From Podarcis tiliguerta (taxonomy: Eukaryota), in NCBI GenBank assembly GCA_965153285.1, contig OZ229111.1: a stretch of 64,000 nucleotides of DNA; one strand, 5' to 3'. Numbering within the stretch: the first letter of the stretch is position 1; each line of letters opens with the position of its first letter. Made by a program: the position numbers and the translations under genes. The notes below the pieces were generated by a model that was not told where the DNA came from, did not search any database, and was given only the letters and a program-made list of their open reading frames with translations. Of this stretch, positions 39,423 through 52,881 are shown piece after piece.

Positions 39423-42400
39423 AGTTCAGACAAGTCCGCTATCGGGTAAAAAAACCCCACAGAGACTCTCCGGCCTTCTTCATCACAACTGGTGGTACCG
39501 GGACTCTTACCTGATCTGGTTTGAATAGCCAGTTTAGATTATTATTATTTTTTCCTTTAAGACAAAACAAACCAACGAAAGTCAGTATCCTTAAAAAAGA
39601 TAAAGAAAGCCAGCCAACAGCAGGCGTGTCTACGTTATAAGTGTGTGATTGAGAGAGTATGAGGGGTTGGGATGCTTCTCTTCCACTTCTGGACCTGTTA
39701 GGGAAGAACCAAATGTGAATATGCAGAAAGGAAACCCCCCCCCCCCCTTCATCAATCAGCGTGGCTTTTCTAATGTATGGTTCACCAAGATTTGTCAGTC
39801 AGTCTCGTTGAGTATGTTCTGAATGTGAGTCTTGAGCCCGACACTCTCGCTCTTGTTACGCGTGTGCGAGCATTCACAGGTAGGGTTTCCCCTCTAAGCA
39901 ACAGGGTTCCCTGTTTTGTGTGGGGCAGAGTGAGGGAGGGTCTCCATTGCCTTGGCCTTGGCTTTGTTTGGTCGGTAACCCGGTCCTCAGCAAGAGAGCA
40001 TTCCAGGAAGCAAAGTCACTGTCCTATATATATCTCGGTTTAGTGTGTTGGGATTTTTCATTCTCTGGAGTAAAAGCTTAAGTGGATGTGGCATTCACCT
40101 TAAATCAACCGTAACCATTCTGATGGAGAATGGCGAGCCAGTGTTTTATGTTTGCCAGGGTTTATTTTCAGGGCACACTGGGCGGAAAAAAGTTCAGTAC
40201 CTAGATAGATGTTTGCAGCGTATCTATCTCGATAATAATAGGGGTGTCCAATATGTGGAACTTCGAGGTTCAGCTGGCTGTCCCCCGTGCTTGGCGGGTG
40301 GGAAATATATGGGTGCTTTTCTCGGATGCTCTTCTGGGGGAAAGACGAGCTGAGGATGGAATTTTGTAGACATCCACTCCCAAGGCTTTTCCAATGGCAG
40401 GCGGTGCCCACACGCGCGCTTCTGAGGATGCCCACTGTACCTAGACCCAGTGTACCTAGTGGGAATACTTTCAAGTAAACAACGCCTATGATTGGGCTGC
40501 AAAACACCAAAAAAAGCGGGGGGGGGGAGAAACCCACCTCGAGTTAATCCAATACCCCATAAAGTGAGGAATGATTTGTCATGTTAGGGTATTATAAAAA
40601 TGCAACCTTTTCAGAGGCTACAGCTGCAACCCTATACTCCTTGGCATGCTGGGGTTTAGCAGGGGAGCTTACTTCAGAGTAGACCTGTGTAGAATTGCGC
40701 GGTACCTCTCGCGTTCCTAGCCCAGCCGCGCCGCCTGCGTGGGTCTCCTCTGTCCACAACCCCATAAGCGGGACAGAACGCCTAACAATAATTTCAAATT
40801 GTGTTTTGATAATAGCTCCACTGAAGGAGACTTCGTGCCGCTTATTATGCGACTGTGTTTATTGATGATCAAGATGGTGGCGAGGGGCGGTGGGGAGATG
40901 CCCCCTTTTATACATTAACTATAGTGGCAGCCCCTTGGAGCTAATTAAGCTATTAATAGCTTCCCTCCTTCTAAGATAGAGAGTTCTCTTCTGGCATTAA
41001 AAACGTTTTCTTTAATGGTGGCTATTTTCGAAATGAATGAGATGTTTCTCCTCTACCTCCACCACCCCTCCCCTCTTTTAATCTTCCTCATATTTAGTTA
41101 GATTTTTATTTTTAATCACGGCAGTTCTCCTTTAAGAATCAAGAATTCTATCTCTCTCTCCCGTGCGTGTGTGTGCGTGTGGCTGTCTGTGTGTGTGTTC
41201 TCTCTCACACACACATGCACACACACTTATTTTCATTCCTGATTTTTCATAGGCAGCAGCTGATGACTCTGAACATTTATGGGGTGTGTCGCCTTATTCC
41301 CCCCCCCCCCCCACTACAGCCACACAAACGCACGCATTCTGCTTTGGGGGATATACGGTAATTTCTGCCCAACGCATCCATTCATCCTTCTAACTCCCAC
41401 CCCCACCGCCGGTTCCCCTTTGTACTTTCCCCGGTGTAGAACAGTCCCAAAGCAGGCAAGGGGAAGCGCAGAGCGGGTTGCCTTGTCGGTCTCAGCTCTT
41501 GCCTCAGACAACCATGAGATTTCCTAATAGCTCTGCCAGGTTTGGGCATTGCTTAAACTCCCATTCCTTAAATTCCCACTCAATGCGGGGAGGAAGGCGC
41601 GAGGGGAGGCGGGAGACAAGGGTTGCTGCAACCGTGAAAGTAACCCGACAGGAATCTCTCTCCCTCTCAGCCCGTTAAATGATTGATTTGGGGAATAAGT
41701 TCCCTTGATATTCCTGGTACTTATTCCATCGGGGTCCAGGAACCTATTCTCGTTCTGTTCTGCTGGTTTCCTAATTGCATACTTAAAAAAAAAAAAAAAT
41801 GTCTCGGGCCGCGGGGGGGGGGGGGCGGCCGGGAACTGGACGAAGTGACAAATGAGCCACAACAGCAAAGTGGGGTGAGGGGGGGTCAAGACGGTCTAAG
41901 CGGCGAGTTTTGCTACGACAGGCTTTGCTTCATTCGTTTTTATATCGGAGGGGATTAATTTTATGACAAAGGCAACGTTTTCCTGGGCCAGACTCAATTG
42001 TCACCACGTGGCTCCCCGTCCCGGCGTTCATGGTCATGGCCGGTGGCAGGAATGCCTCGCCTTTACGAGCTGCAAAGGATGCCGTCTAGTCCTTAAAATG
42101 CCTCTGTGTGTCCCCCGCCCCGCTCATTCTCCGCCCTTGCAAGCCTTATATTTAGGTCTGCTTCCCATGGCTGTGTCATCGTTCCTTGTCTTTATTCCGC
42201 TTTCCCCTGCCCCCCTCCCAATATCCAGAGTTTTGAGAGGTCCCCCATCCCAGTATCACCCTTTGGGTATATCACCCCCTCCCCTTTACAAACTCTAACC
42301 TTTGTAAAAGTAGAGGCATCCTCTGCCTGTGAGTGGCTTTGAATCCAATAGGTACCCAGTCACAATTATGTGCAATAGATTGGGGGGGGGGGGCGCGTGT

Positions 42401-44359
42401 GTGAGAGACATCCATATATTTTTCCCCCCAGTTATGTGCAATGAACAGAGCGCATGTGGGTGTCTGTGTTGCTAGGCGGCTAAATGTGGAGGACGCCTAC
42501 CTATTTCTCCAAAAAGGTACCTTGAAGAACAGAAAACTGTAGGCTTCAGTCTAACGCCATTCCCCTTGTGTCCAGCCTGTGCTTTGCCTCCTTTGGACAG
42601 AGCAGTCCCTTGAAACCGCTTAAGCCGGTAGCGCTGCCATCATCCATTTTGTCCCAGTTTTCTCAATAATATTAATAAGAAAGAAGCAGCATTTTCGGTC
42701 ATCATAACGACTTTCAGCCAACTGAAATGTAATGGGGTGTGTTGCATGAATCTAGAAGGGAAGTCTTGTGTCTGTGCGGTAAAGGAGGAACATGTTCGAG
42801 GAATCAGACTTATCAGTATTGTACTTGGGTTTGCTACCATCGCTTCCTCTTGAAAAGCTGTGATATGTTACTCGCTGGCAAAAGGTTGCGTTTTGGAAGG
42901 GGTTGGCGGCTGGCTTACCAGGGTTTTGAGCGTTTACGGAGCAATGTTATAACGCAGCGTTCGTTTTAAATTGTGGCAGGCGACAGACAGAGAGAAAGAG
43001 ACCGAGAGACTGTCTTGATGTTAATATTTTACGCGCCGAGAGCGATTTCTATCTGCAGCGAAGGAGTTTTATGTTTAGAAATACAATACACAACCCACCA
43101 GCAAGATTCTTGAGTCCTGAGAATGGTCTCCTTGGTGTGTAACTGCACATAACAGGCGATTCTCAATTGCCACTTCAACGATTTTTTTTAAGCGAGGGGG
43201 GAGTGATAATTTAAAATTTGAAAATGAAGAAGTTGAAATATATGCAATATTCTCGTTCAGATTGCATTGAAGTATTATTATTCCGTGTGAATTCTGTTCG
43301 TCTTGTGTTAGTTCCCGGTGTCTGTGGCTCGGTCCTTCGCTTGTTATTCTCTAGTCTAGTTTCCTGCTGTTGTTAAATATGCATCGTTGGCAATATAGTC
43401 CATATGTAATGTTTCTTACCTCAAGCTATTATATGTAGGGCCTATGCAAATGTCTGTCCATAGCACGTTCCCCCGGCTTTATATAGTCATGTAAAAAGTT
43501 GTTTCACAATAATAATGATGATGATAATAATAACGATAATAATAATAATAATAAATTGAATGTATTATTATGTGATTTCTGATAATAAATAAAATGTTTC
43601 AAACCTCTGGTTGGTGATTTACTATCGACTGTAGGAGGACCGAGCAAGCTTAGTAAAAGAGTAAGGCGCACACAGAAATAAGCCAATGAAACATTTGGAG
43701 GTATATAGATCATGTTTCCCTTAAAAAAAATAATTAAGTGGATATATAAAATAGGTTGTAAAGTAAGGGATGCCTCGGAGCACAATGATACCTATAATTA
43801 AAAAAATATATCCAAGAAGATAAGAGAGTAAATGAATCTGGGATGTTAACGTTTAATGCGAATATTAAGGGGGTTTTTTGGGGGGGGGATGTCTCCTGAT
43901 GGTCTTGTTTATAAACGGAATCATTACTGATATTTTGTTCTCTGGGAAAGAGAAGTGTCACCAGTCTATTTCTTTTTGTTCTATTTCAGGAGCAACTGAG
44001 GCCAAGACAAAGTTCCCCTAGATTAAAGGGGGAAGATATTTATTTATTTAAAATTATATCGATGTTTTTTAAGATTAAGAGACACTTTAATTTAAATCTG
44101 CAACTCTTGTAATAGAAACAAAAACAAAACAAATACCCCACCTCCAAAACAAAACACAAAAACCCTCACGAGCCTTGGATTCGATCTTCTTCAATAAGCC
44201 CATATTTATTCCTCCCGTTGGCTTCGTGTTTTATTCTCTCTTCTGAATATCCAGCCAGGTGCCTTTATAGCAGCGATTCCACAGAGTCAATTTAAATTTC
44301 ATGAATTGTGTAGGTTGTATGAGTGGTAGGGGATGGGAGTGTATGTATGTATGTATGTA

Positions 44360-44411
<52 letters not shown>

Positions 44412-45708
44412 ATCTTCCTCTGGAAAGGAAGATTTACATGTAATGGCTTTATCCACCTTTCAGGTCTTCGGTTCAACCATAAAGTTTAGTGGCGGCTGGA
44501 GCAATGCATTAATACACACACCGGCAGGCGCACGCACGCCAAAAACCTTTTAAAAGATCAATAAGTGGATTGTGAAGGGGAGGAGGGAGAGACCATCTCC
44601 AAAAAGCGGATCAAGAACTGCTCATCCCCGTGTAGAATCCTTCGCGCCTTCGACTCTTAGTAAGTGGGAATAGGATAGGTGTGAGCTTATGCCAGTCTAT
44701 TCTCTCCGCTTTCTTTAGTCCTGTTATTAGAAGAAGGCACTTCCTTGCAAAGAGGTCCTGTGTTCTTATGGTATAGGTGCATTAAGGAAAGAAAGAGATT
44801 GCGCGAAGGCAATTGTTAGAGATCGGTGATGCAGTTTGCTAACTCCTCTCTCCTCCCCCCAACCCGCGACGCCCCCTTCTGAACATACATAATATTGACG
44901 CGCCAGAGAGGCTGCTTGGCTTGCGGTGTGCAGGAGCTGCAGTTGTGACCAAACGACACTCGCACACGTATCGGTAGCAGAGACGGATCACGGGGGATGC
45001 ACTGATTTGGATATTGTGTGTGCATACCAGGTGAACATACCAGGTTTGGTCAGCCTCCTCTTATTTGTCGGCAACAGCATCCGATTGAATTCAGCTCTGA
45101 CCCCATCGCACGCATTTAAAATACTGGGTGGAGCAGCGGGTGTGTGTGTGTGCGTGCTTGTGTTTGCGCGCGAAATTAATAGGAAATCCTTCATAAAGTC
45201 CAGGAAGAAATTATAGCAGCGGGCTATGAGTTAAAATTTAATGACACGAATGATATAAAACGTTGCTTCTTTGTTCACAGGGCTATAGTGCCTTTGTAGG
45301 TGAACATTCTACATTTGGAACTCGATATAGTTCAGTACCTGGGCTGGATATGAGCCCAGAAGCTTTTAGGATGTAATATCCATTTCAAGGGAAACTATTT
45401 CTATGATACATCAAGAGTAATTGAGATCTATGGGAAGTTGCAAGACAACGGGGCCCTGATCCTTTAAACATTCACCGACTCCTCTAATATTCACACTGCT
45501 CCCCTTAAGAATCCGGCACAAATTCATTTAAATGCTCATAATGGCGGCTATGGATGTCTCGAGGTATAGATAGGTAACTCTTGGTTCCTCTAGCACAGAA
45601 AACGCTATGTGCGTTCTTTTCCTTGTAATAATTCGAGCCTAAGGTGCTTATCTAGAAGCAAGTTTCGCTGAGGGCTAGTCCCTGGCACAAACCTCGCTGC
45701 GGCCCTTA

Positions 45709-45799
45709 AGAGTTCAATTCTCTACATGCCTACTCAGAAGTAAGCCCCATTAAGTTCAGTGGAATTAACTCGCAGGTAAATTTGTGTAGCGTTACAGCC
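45709..45799. repeat. Family A palindromic MITE-like repeat inside the Hox cluster
   Basis: ctactcagaagtaagccccatt core, TA-flanked. Other intra-cluster copies at ~26985-27058, 29958-30041, 40623-40700, 45935-46010 and 57190-57288. Confidence 0.65.
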
Positions 45800-48728
45800 T
45801 AGCAGGCGCTAGACAAGCTACTAACTTGGCAACCTCACCCTGCTCACCTTTAATAACACTGACCTACCGTACAAGGTTGTTGTAGGGATCGAAGCGCTCT
45901 GAACACTCAGAGCTAGCAGCAGCAGCAATACCGTCTCTATGCACCCTTTACTAGGGAGTAACCTGCATTCAACTAAGTGGGGCTTGCTTCTGTGTAAGGA
46001 CGCAGAGGACCTTGGTGTATCTCCGTAGGACTTTCTTTCAAGTGCATCTGTTTAGGGGTGCCCATCTCACTGAATCACTCCCCACCGTGCTTTCAAGAGA
46101 TGTCATTCACCGCCATTAAAATCAATTGGAGACTTGCCCTTGGCTTCAAAAGGATATAGATTTCACTCACAAGGTTTCTCTCTTCTTTTTTCACTCTCAT
46201 TTCTTCGAAAGAAGTACCCACACAAATATCATTTCTGCCTCTTTTACTGGAGGTGTGCACGGAACGTTGGTTGTCATATGAAGACTGTTAAGGGCTCCAC
46301 AGAAGTGAATAGGGTTCTGGATCATCTCCAACAAGCCTGGATTGTATATAGAGGCATAAATTGTGTAGAAAATTGTGGATCGGTTCACCTTGAAGAGGGA
46401 ATGCTTGGTTCCAAAGACGCTTAAACACTCACCCAAATAGATAAAACTTATTTATTACCAGTGAGTGGCTAGGACAAATTGTTGCTCGCAGTAAAAGTGC
46501 GTATTGTTCCTCAGCTTGCTTGCTGCTGCTGCTTCTGCTTCTGCTTTTTTTATATAGGGGTGTATTTCATAGCTATGGCTTTAAAATGAATTCATTAAGA
46601 AGCGGAAAGTATAACCCCATCTCCTGAATTGCAAAGAATAATTCTGCCTTCAAGAGAATAAGGGGGGGAAACCCCAACAACAGGCACACACCCAGTTAAG
46701 TTGTATTTCAGCAGTGCAAATTATTCCAAAATAATGGGAAATATGCAAAAGCGCATAGGCTTGATCCAAAAACAAGTAATACTTTATCCTTATCCTTATT
46801 ATTATTATTTTACTATAGGTGTTCTCTATACCGAAAGGGTTGTGAGCAAATGTTTTATGTGTTATCGGGGGGAAATAGAGAATTTATCCTCTGGGGCTGA
46901 ACATATGCACATAATAGTCATTGTTCAGTGCAGAAAGATGGTGCAAAGCGTAATTATATATTATAGATCTGAAGCGATGCTTACTAGTCCCAAGAAAACC
47001 CCAGCGATGTGTTTTGCTTGCTCGCCAGTATCAGGTAAGCTCCACACGCATCACCACCACAACGACCATCCAACATTCAGGACGGGTTTAACACGATGTC
47101 CTTTTCCTTCTTATTACACCACCAACAGCAGCAGCATATCGCATTATACATAGTTATTCCAATGGAACTTGTTCCCAAGTAAGAAGGCAGATTTTATGAT
47201 CCGGATAACAATGCTAACAAGTATTTGACACATTTCCTTCAAGTTACCAAGTAGGGAAATGTTAGCATGGATTTTTTATTTTTTTAAAAAAAGTGCAAGC
47301 CAGTGATTAAAAAAATATTTTATTTTAAATTATTAAAACGCCATTGTCTCGTGCTAATGTGCAAATGTGGAATACTGGTTGGCCTGCCTCCGCTTTCTGT
47401 CTGTCCATCTTATCCATCTGTCTGTCTCTCTCTAATCCCTGTATCTATCTTATATTTCGGTAAGCTTAGCCTCTGCAGTGACTGCCACATATCTACTTAC
47501 TGAGAATTCATAATCGGTGCTATTTTGAAGCATATATAAGACAATTGAAATACTGTTTCTCGCGGTTTCCCGGACGCACGGGATGTCTTCCCTCTTGACA
47601 AATGGTCCCTCGCTTGGGGGTCAGCAAGCCTTGGTCTTGGACTTCACGCAGGATCTGCGGCAAAGCTATCTGTCTGTCTCTTCCCTTGCCTTGGCTTTCA
47701 TCCCGTCAACGGCTGCAGCCAAAAATGTTTTGCAAACATTCCCATGCTCTTCTGGTATTTTGGAAAGACCCCGCAGGCTGAAGAGAAAGCAAAAAAGATA
47801 ACATAACAAATCTCGCCGTGAAGGGCATTAAAAAAATGAAATTCCATTATATAGGGTCATTCGCTCGTGTATGACACTAGGCGCCATTTGCCACGTACAA
47901 ACTGTGTCTATTTTCGAAAAAGGATAGGCTTTGTTACGAATGCGTCTTCTTTCGGGACACCGAAGAGCAAAGGGCGATCAGAAGATTGGGGCCAGGCGTG
48001 TTCCGGAGGAAATATTATAGCCCTCATTATTAATCTCTCCAACCTTTTTAAACGGAAAGCTTAAAAATGAATATTCACATAACATTATGTAAATATTAAT
48101 ATAGCACCCTATATTAATGGCACCCTAGGTACGCTATCATATAGGTGCAATGTGGGAGTAGTAGAGTTAGTTACACAAACGGGTGCGATCTACTCAAAAT
48201 TAAAAGCTCTTTGAGTTAATCAGGTGTTTAACTCTGATTACACTACCGTAATCAACAGGACTTTAAAGTGGTTACCTTTTCTTGGATTCTTCATCATGAT
48301 AATGATAGATCCTATCCAGTCAGAGTTAAACACACTTTAAGTCCCATTGTTTTCCATTTGAGAGGGCTAACACATCAGAAGAGCTTAAAACCACATCAGA
48401 GAGGGCTCTTAGATGTTGCTAAATGAAAGCAACATCTACTTTCCCCTCATTTCTGATTTTATTTCTATACTAGTCCTCAGCCACACCAGAAGAGATATCC
48501 CTGGAGGGGTAAATAAATATCTTAACAGTACTGATGTGGGCTTACCTCTCTTTAGCAAATGCAAACACAGAGGATCAAATCCTTGCCATTGGGATTAAGG
48601 AAGTGTTTCAGCCCAGGAGGTGTAACCATCAACTAGCTCCCCTGGCAAGTGGTCTGCCCTGCTCACTTGTTTGGAAGTGAGATTGCAATTGAAGCTATGT
48701 GCCAGTGCATTTACTCAGGGATTAGGGC

Positions 48729-48981
48729 CAGGGGTCAGCAACCTTTTTCAGCCATGGGCCGGTCCACCGTCCCTCAGACCATGTGGGGGAGGGCAGACTA
48801 TATTTTGGAAAAAAATAATGAACAAATTCCTATGCCCCACAAATAACCCATAGATGCATTTTAAATAAAAGGACACATTCTACTCATGTAAAAACACACG
48901 GATTCCTGGACCGTCCGCAAGCCAGATTGAGAAGGGGTTTGGGCCGCATCTAGCCCCTGGGCCTTAGGTTGCCTACCCCTG
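48729..48981. mobile_element. Non-autonomous hAT (Charlie-like) DNA transposon, 253 bp
   Basis: TIRs CAGGGGTCAGCAACCT and AGGTTGCCTACCCCTG (14/16 match). Degenerate 8-bp TSD gattagg(g)c / aattaggc with central TA. Confidence 0.85.
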
Positions 48982-49175
48982 AATTAGGCAAACAGAGGTC
49001 CCTGAAATTCCCTAGAAGCCATGGCCCAAAAACAGTCTTTTCTGAATACACCTGGAGCACTGTAGACATTGTGCAGGGCTAGCCTATGCTTGGGCCTTCT
49101 GTTGTCATCCCAGTGTATAATTCTGGTCCTCATTCTCTTCTTCCTCACCCCGAGGCTGCAGTCCTATATACACCA

Positions 49176-49288
49176 TGAATAGTCTACTGTGGTGTCCTGC
49201 AGATGTTGGACTCCAACTCCCATCATCCCTGACCACTGGACATGCTGCCTTGGGCTGATAGGCTTTGGCAGTCCACCACACCTGGAGG
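49176..49288. mobile_element. Short palindromic hAT-like MITE
   Basis: Arms gtggtgtcctgcagatgt-tggact and agtcca-ccacacctggagggcaccac around the caactcccatcatccctgacca core, a common squamate repeat. Confidence 0.75.
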
Positions 49289-49737
49289 GCACCACGTTGC
49301 CTAACCTCAACGAGGCTCACTTCTGAGTAGGTGTGTATTGGAATGCGCTGTGAGTGAGTCCAATATTTTATTCTCAAAGTGGAAACCTGCTAAACAAAAT
49401 CTCGGCTGCTACATTATCATCTTACACTGTCCCTAGCGACATTGCACTCTTTTAAGTAACATGTGCCATTATCATCAATATGCCAGCGCACCTTTTACTG
49501 AGTATTTTCTCCCCCTTTTATATGGGTGGGTTCATAAATACACAATCAAGACAGAGTGGGAATAATTAGCAATGTTTACCAACATATGCCACCCACGCCA
49601 CCTTTGAATCCATCTTACACCACGGGATTGGGAAATGAAATAGAATACGAGTAATTAGTTTTAAAGCAAATCATTTCAAATGGAAACTTATAGGTAAAGC
49701 CTAATGAACTGCAGAGGGGGTAAAAAAATAAACCCTG

Positions 49738-49914
49738 ATTTTTATATGACTTGGTTGGTAGCAAGGAGACACAGCAATATTTTACTGTTGAGAGAATAAA
49801 TTAATTAATATGTCTGTAGCAACCAACTGCAGTGGCTTCATGGCTGACTGCATTTAAACGAGATATATGTATCAAGCCTCGCTGGTGTTGTTAACAAGAG
49901 TGATAATAAAGATG
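49738..49914 (-). ncRNA. HOTAIR: Block homologous to the conserved core of the HOTAIR last exon
   Basis: Minus strand CATCTTTATtATcActCTTGTTAACAAcACCAGcGAG (31/37 identical to the recalled human sequence). About 70 nt later comes TAATTAATTtATTC..ACaGTAAAATATtGCtGtGTC, with the same spacing as in human. Position and strand are syntenic. Transcription is not shown. Confidence 0.65.
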
Positions 49915-52881
49915 AAAAGGATAGGAAAGATACAAAGATGGATACATTTGTATTCCTTGCAGGAGCCATAAGAGTTTGCTTAGAATTTCTTAGAGCCAGC
50001 CTTTGTTTCTGTGAGGTTATGTTAACCAGCAGAGTTGATGAATCAATTAAAGAAAACCACTCACTTACCAACAAACAAACAACAACATGAGGTTATGTCT
50101 ACGTGTATCTATTATTATTATTCCCAATAACCTTAATTTGAAAGGAAATGTGCACACAGTCTAGCTCGAGTTAAGGGCTATGGAGTTCTATAGATTTCAG
50201 AGAGATGTGCTCCCTCATCCTACCCCTATTTATCTATTCCCAAGTAAATGTGACTGCCTATAACTGCAACCTCAAAGCAGGTGTTTAAATCTCTCCCACT
50301 TGAAAGCGATAAATTTTGCAGCCGGATCCTATCCAGTTTTACTCAGAAGCAAGTTGACGCTTAACTTGGACTGAGTCGTTTTCCTATATTTGGAAACTAG
50401 GGCTTTCCCATAATTAAGAGTGAAGGTGGCTTTAAAAACTCTCCTTTTATGGCATGCCCAAAAGTTAGAAATCTCATTTGCCTTTCTGGAACCCAAATAA
50501 GACCACATTTGCATTTAAGAATGTTTGTTTATGGGTTGGCTGGGTCTGAAACAGACGGACTAAAAATACTTTCCCCCTTTAATAAAGTGATGTGATGAAG
50601 GCCTTGTGGTAGTTGATTGTTGTTATGCAAGCAGCCTGGGCTATATCTGAAGATCTTTTAAGAATCACAGCCAACATTAATCTTCCCAAGGGGGGGGGGG
50701 AAGCATCTTTGTAGTTGTATCCAAGACCCTCCCTTTACCTTCTCCAAACCCGTGTTCGCTGGAGATGAGATGATAATTAAAGGGCATGTGAAAATTCATC
50801 TCATTGTGATGAAGAACTATTAATCTATTATGAGGCTGTGTGAGGTTTTGAGAAAGAAAGAATCATTAGTATTATTAGTATTATTATTATATGAAATAGG
50901 GTGGAGTAGGAGGCAGTCCTAATAACAGCCAGCGCCTTCCAGACTCACCATCAAAATCTGCGAGAGCTCTGCCATTTACTGCAGTTGAGGAGTGAGTTCC
51001 ACCGAATTGTCCTTTAAAGGTTGCACAATCAGCAAAGTCCTGCTGCCGACACCCCTTGTGTCCCTCGAGAATTCCTGACTGAGTGGGGGCAAAATATTTG
51101 CACATTCTGCATGCATTTGCGTGGTAGTGCAACTTTTGGGGGCAGTGAGGGGCCATACAAAGCAGCCATAGGAATAAAGGAATAAATATTCAAAGGAACA
51201 AATCCTGGATGTAAATGACAAAGGAAAACGCATGTACTCCGTCTCAGAGGTACACGTAGGGCCACCAAACGAAGGGCTTTAAACACCCACAAAACACACC
51301 TCCCAGTAGCTGCTGCTAAAATCAAAGGGAGCCGGCAGCTTTGAAATGAAGGCGACGATTAGCCCGCCAAGACCGGGCAATAGGTGGTTGTGCTTGGCGA
51401 CAGAGACTTGAACACGTTCACCCTTTTTCATGCTTATGATGAGTCTTATTAGAATGTTGTGTTTATCCACGCGCGCGCACACACACAAATAAACATACAA
51501 ACAAGCAAACAAACATGCTCCGCTTGCTATGCCAGTTATCTGCGTCAGAATGTAGAGATACAGTATCAGCCTAACAATACCTATAGTTTACTGCCTCCTC
51601 TGTATTCCTGAAAGCGCAGGATCCAGTCAAAGTGAAGCGCTTGTAAGTCCCCTTGTTGTCGATTAAGCACGTGCTTAATTCTTCCTCGTTGAAATTAATT
51701 GGTCTTTGGTCGTGCCTTTCCTAGTTACTCATCTATATAAACGACTGGCGGCGTTGCATCAGTGAAGTATGCGGCGCTGATTTTAAAAGTTCTGAGTTTG
51801 TGAAAGATGCAATAACTTGGTAGCCATTATTACTCGGTTGGTTTAAAAGGGGAATAAAATGACTTAAATGGAGACGATCGCCTAATACGTGCAGTGGATC
51901 GGGATCCATGACCCGTCTATCGATAGCGCTCCATTATGTCTAGGTAACTGACAAGGAAAAGGATATGCTATATAAATTATATTATATGATCAGCTACAGT
52001 CTCGATTCCGCCCCCCCCCCCAACAGCCGCCACCACCATCATACAAGCCTGAACTCCCCGCACTGACAACCACGGACCTAGCGTTTTCCTGGGCCCAAAC
52101 CCAGCATTTCGAAAAGCAAAACTAAACCTGTTTTCTGCACTCTGACAAACTTTTTGCCACTGTTGTGATTTGGCTGCTGCGGAAATGGCGAGTCAGGAGA
52201 CTCTCCTTAAAAAGGAAAGCAGGGAGGCTACACGCGCTTTCTTTTTACACTTTCCATTTCAGATTGACGTAAACAAAACATTCTATAGATTTAAATAAAA
52301 GCAGAGGCGATTTTCTGAATGGCCTCCTGCATTAAAATTAGAGTGAATTCGTAAATCGTCCGTCCTCGTCGTCGTCATAATGAAGAATTGCTGTTTTTTT
52401 TTTAAGAATATGGACAGATAAATTCATTAAGAGAAGCGCCGGCCACCCCCCCACCCAGTCACCCAGCCACCCTCTACCTCAAGGCCACATTCAACCGCAA
52501 CAGCTCCGGACGCTGTAATCTATACGAAGCCCGGCGTTGAAGGACCCCCTCTTAACAACCCTTTAATACAGCAAACTAAAGATCTGGGGAGACCTTTGTT
52601 GATCTCCAATGATGAGGCCCGCCCCCCCTTCTTCTTCCTCCTCCTCCTCCTCCTCCACCCCCCACCCCCACTCCGTCCCCTACTGTAGTTCAGAGAATAT
52701 TGTACCTCGTTTGCCGCAGCTTAAAAACCAGCAAATGTGTTAGCAATTCTGCGAGACCTTGTCTGCCCGGTGCTAATCTTTTTTTTTTTTTTTTTTTTGG
52801 TCGGATGACTTCTGTTTACAACAGTCTGTCTGGGTGGGCGGGGGCCGCCATTACAAAGTGAAGGTCAAGTTAGCATCCTAC

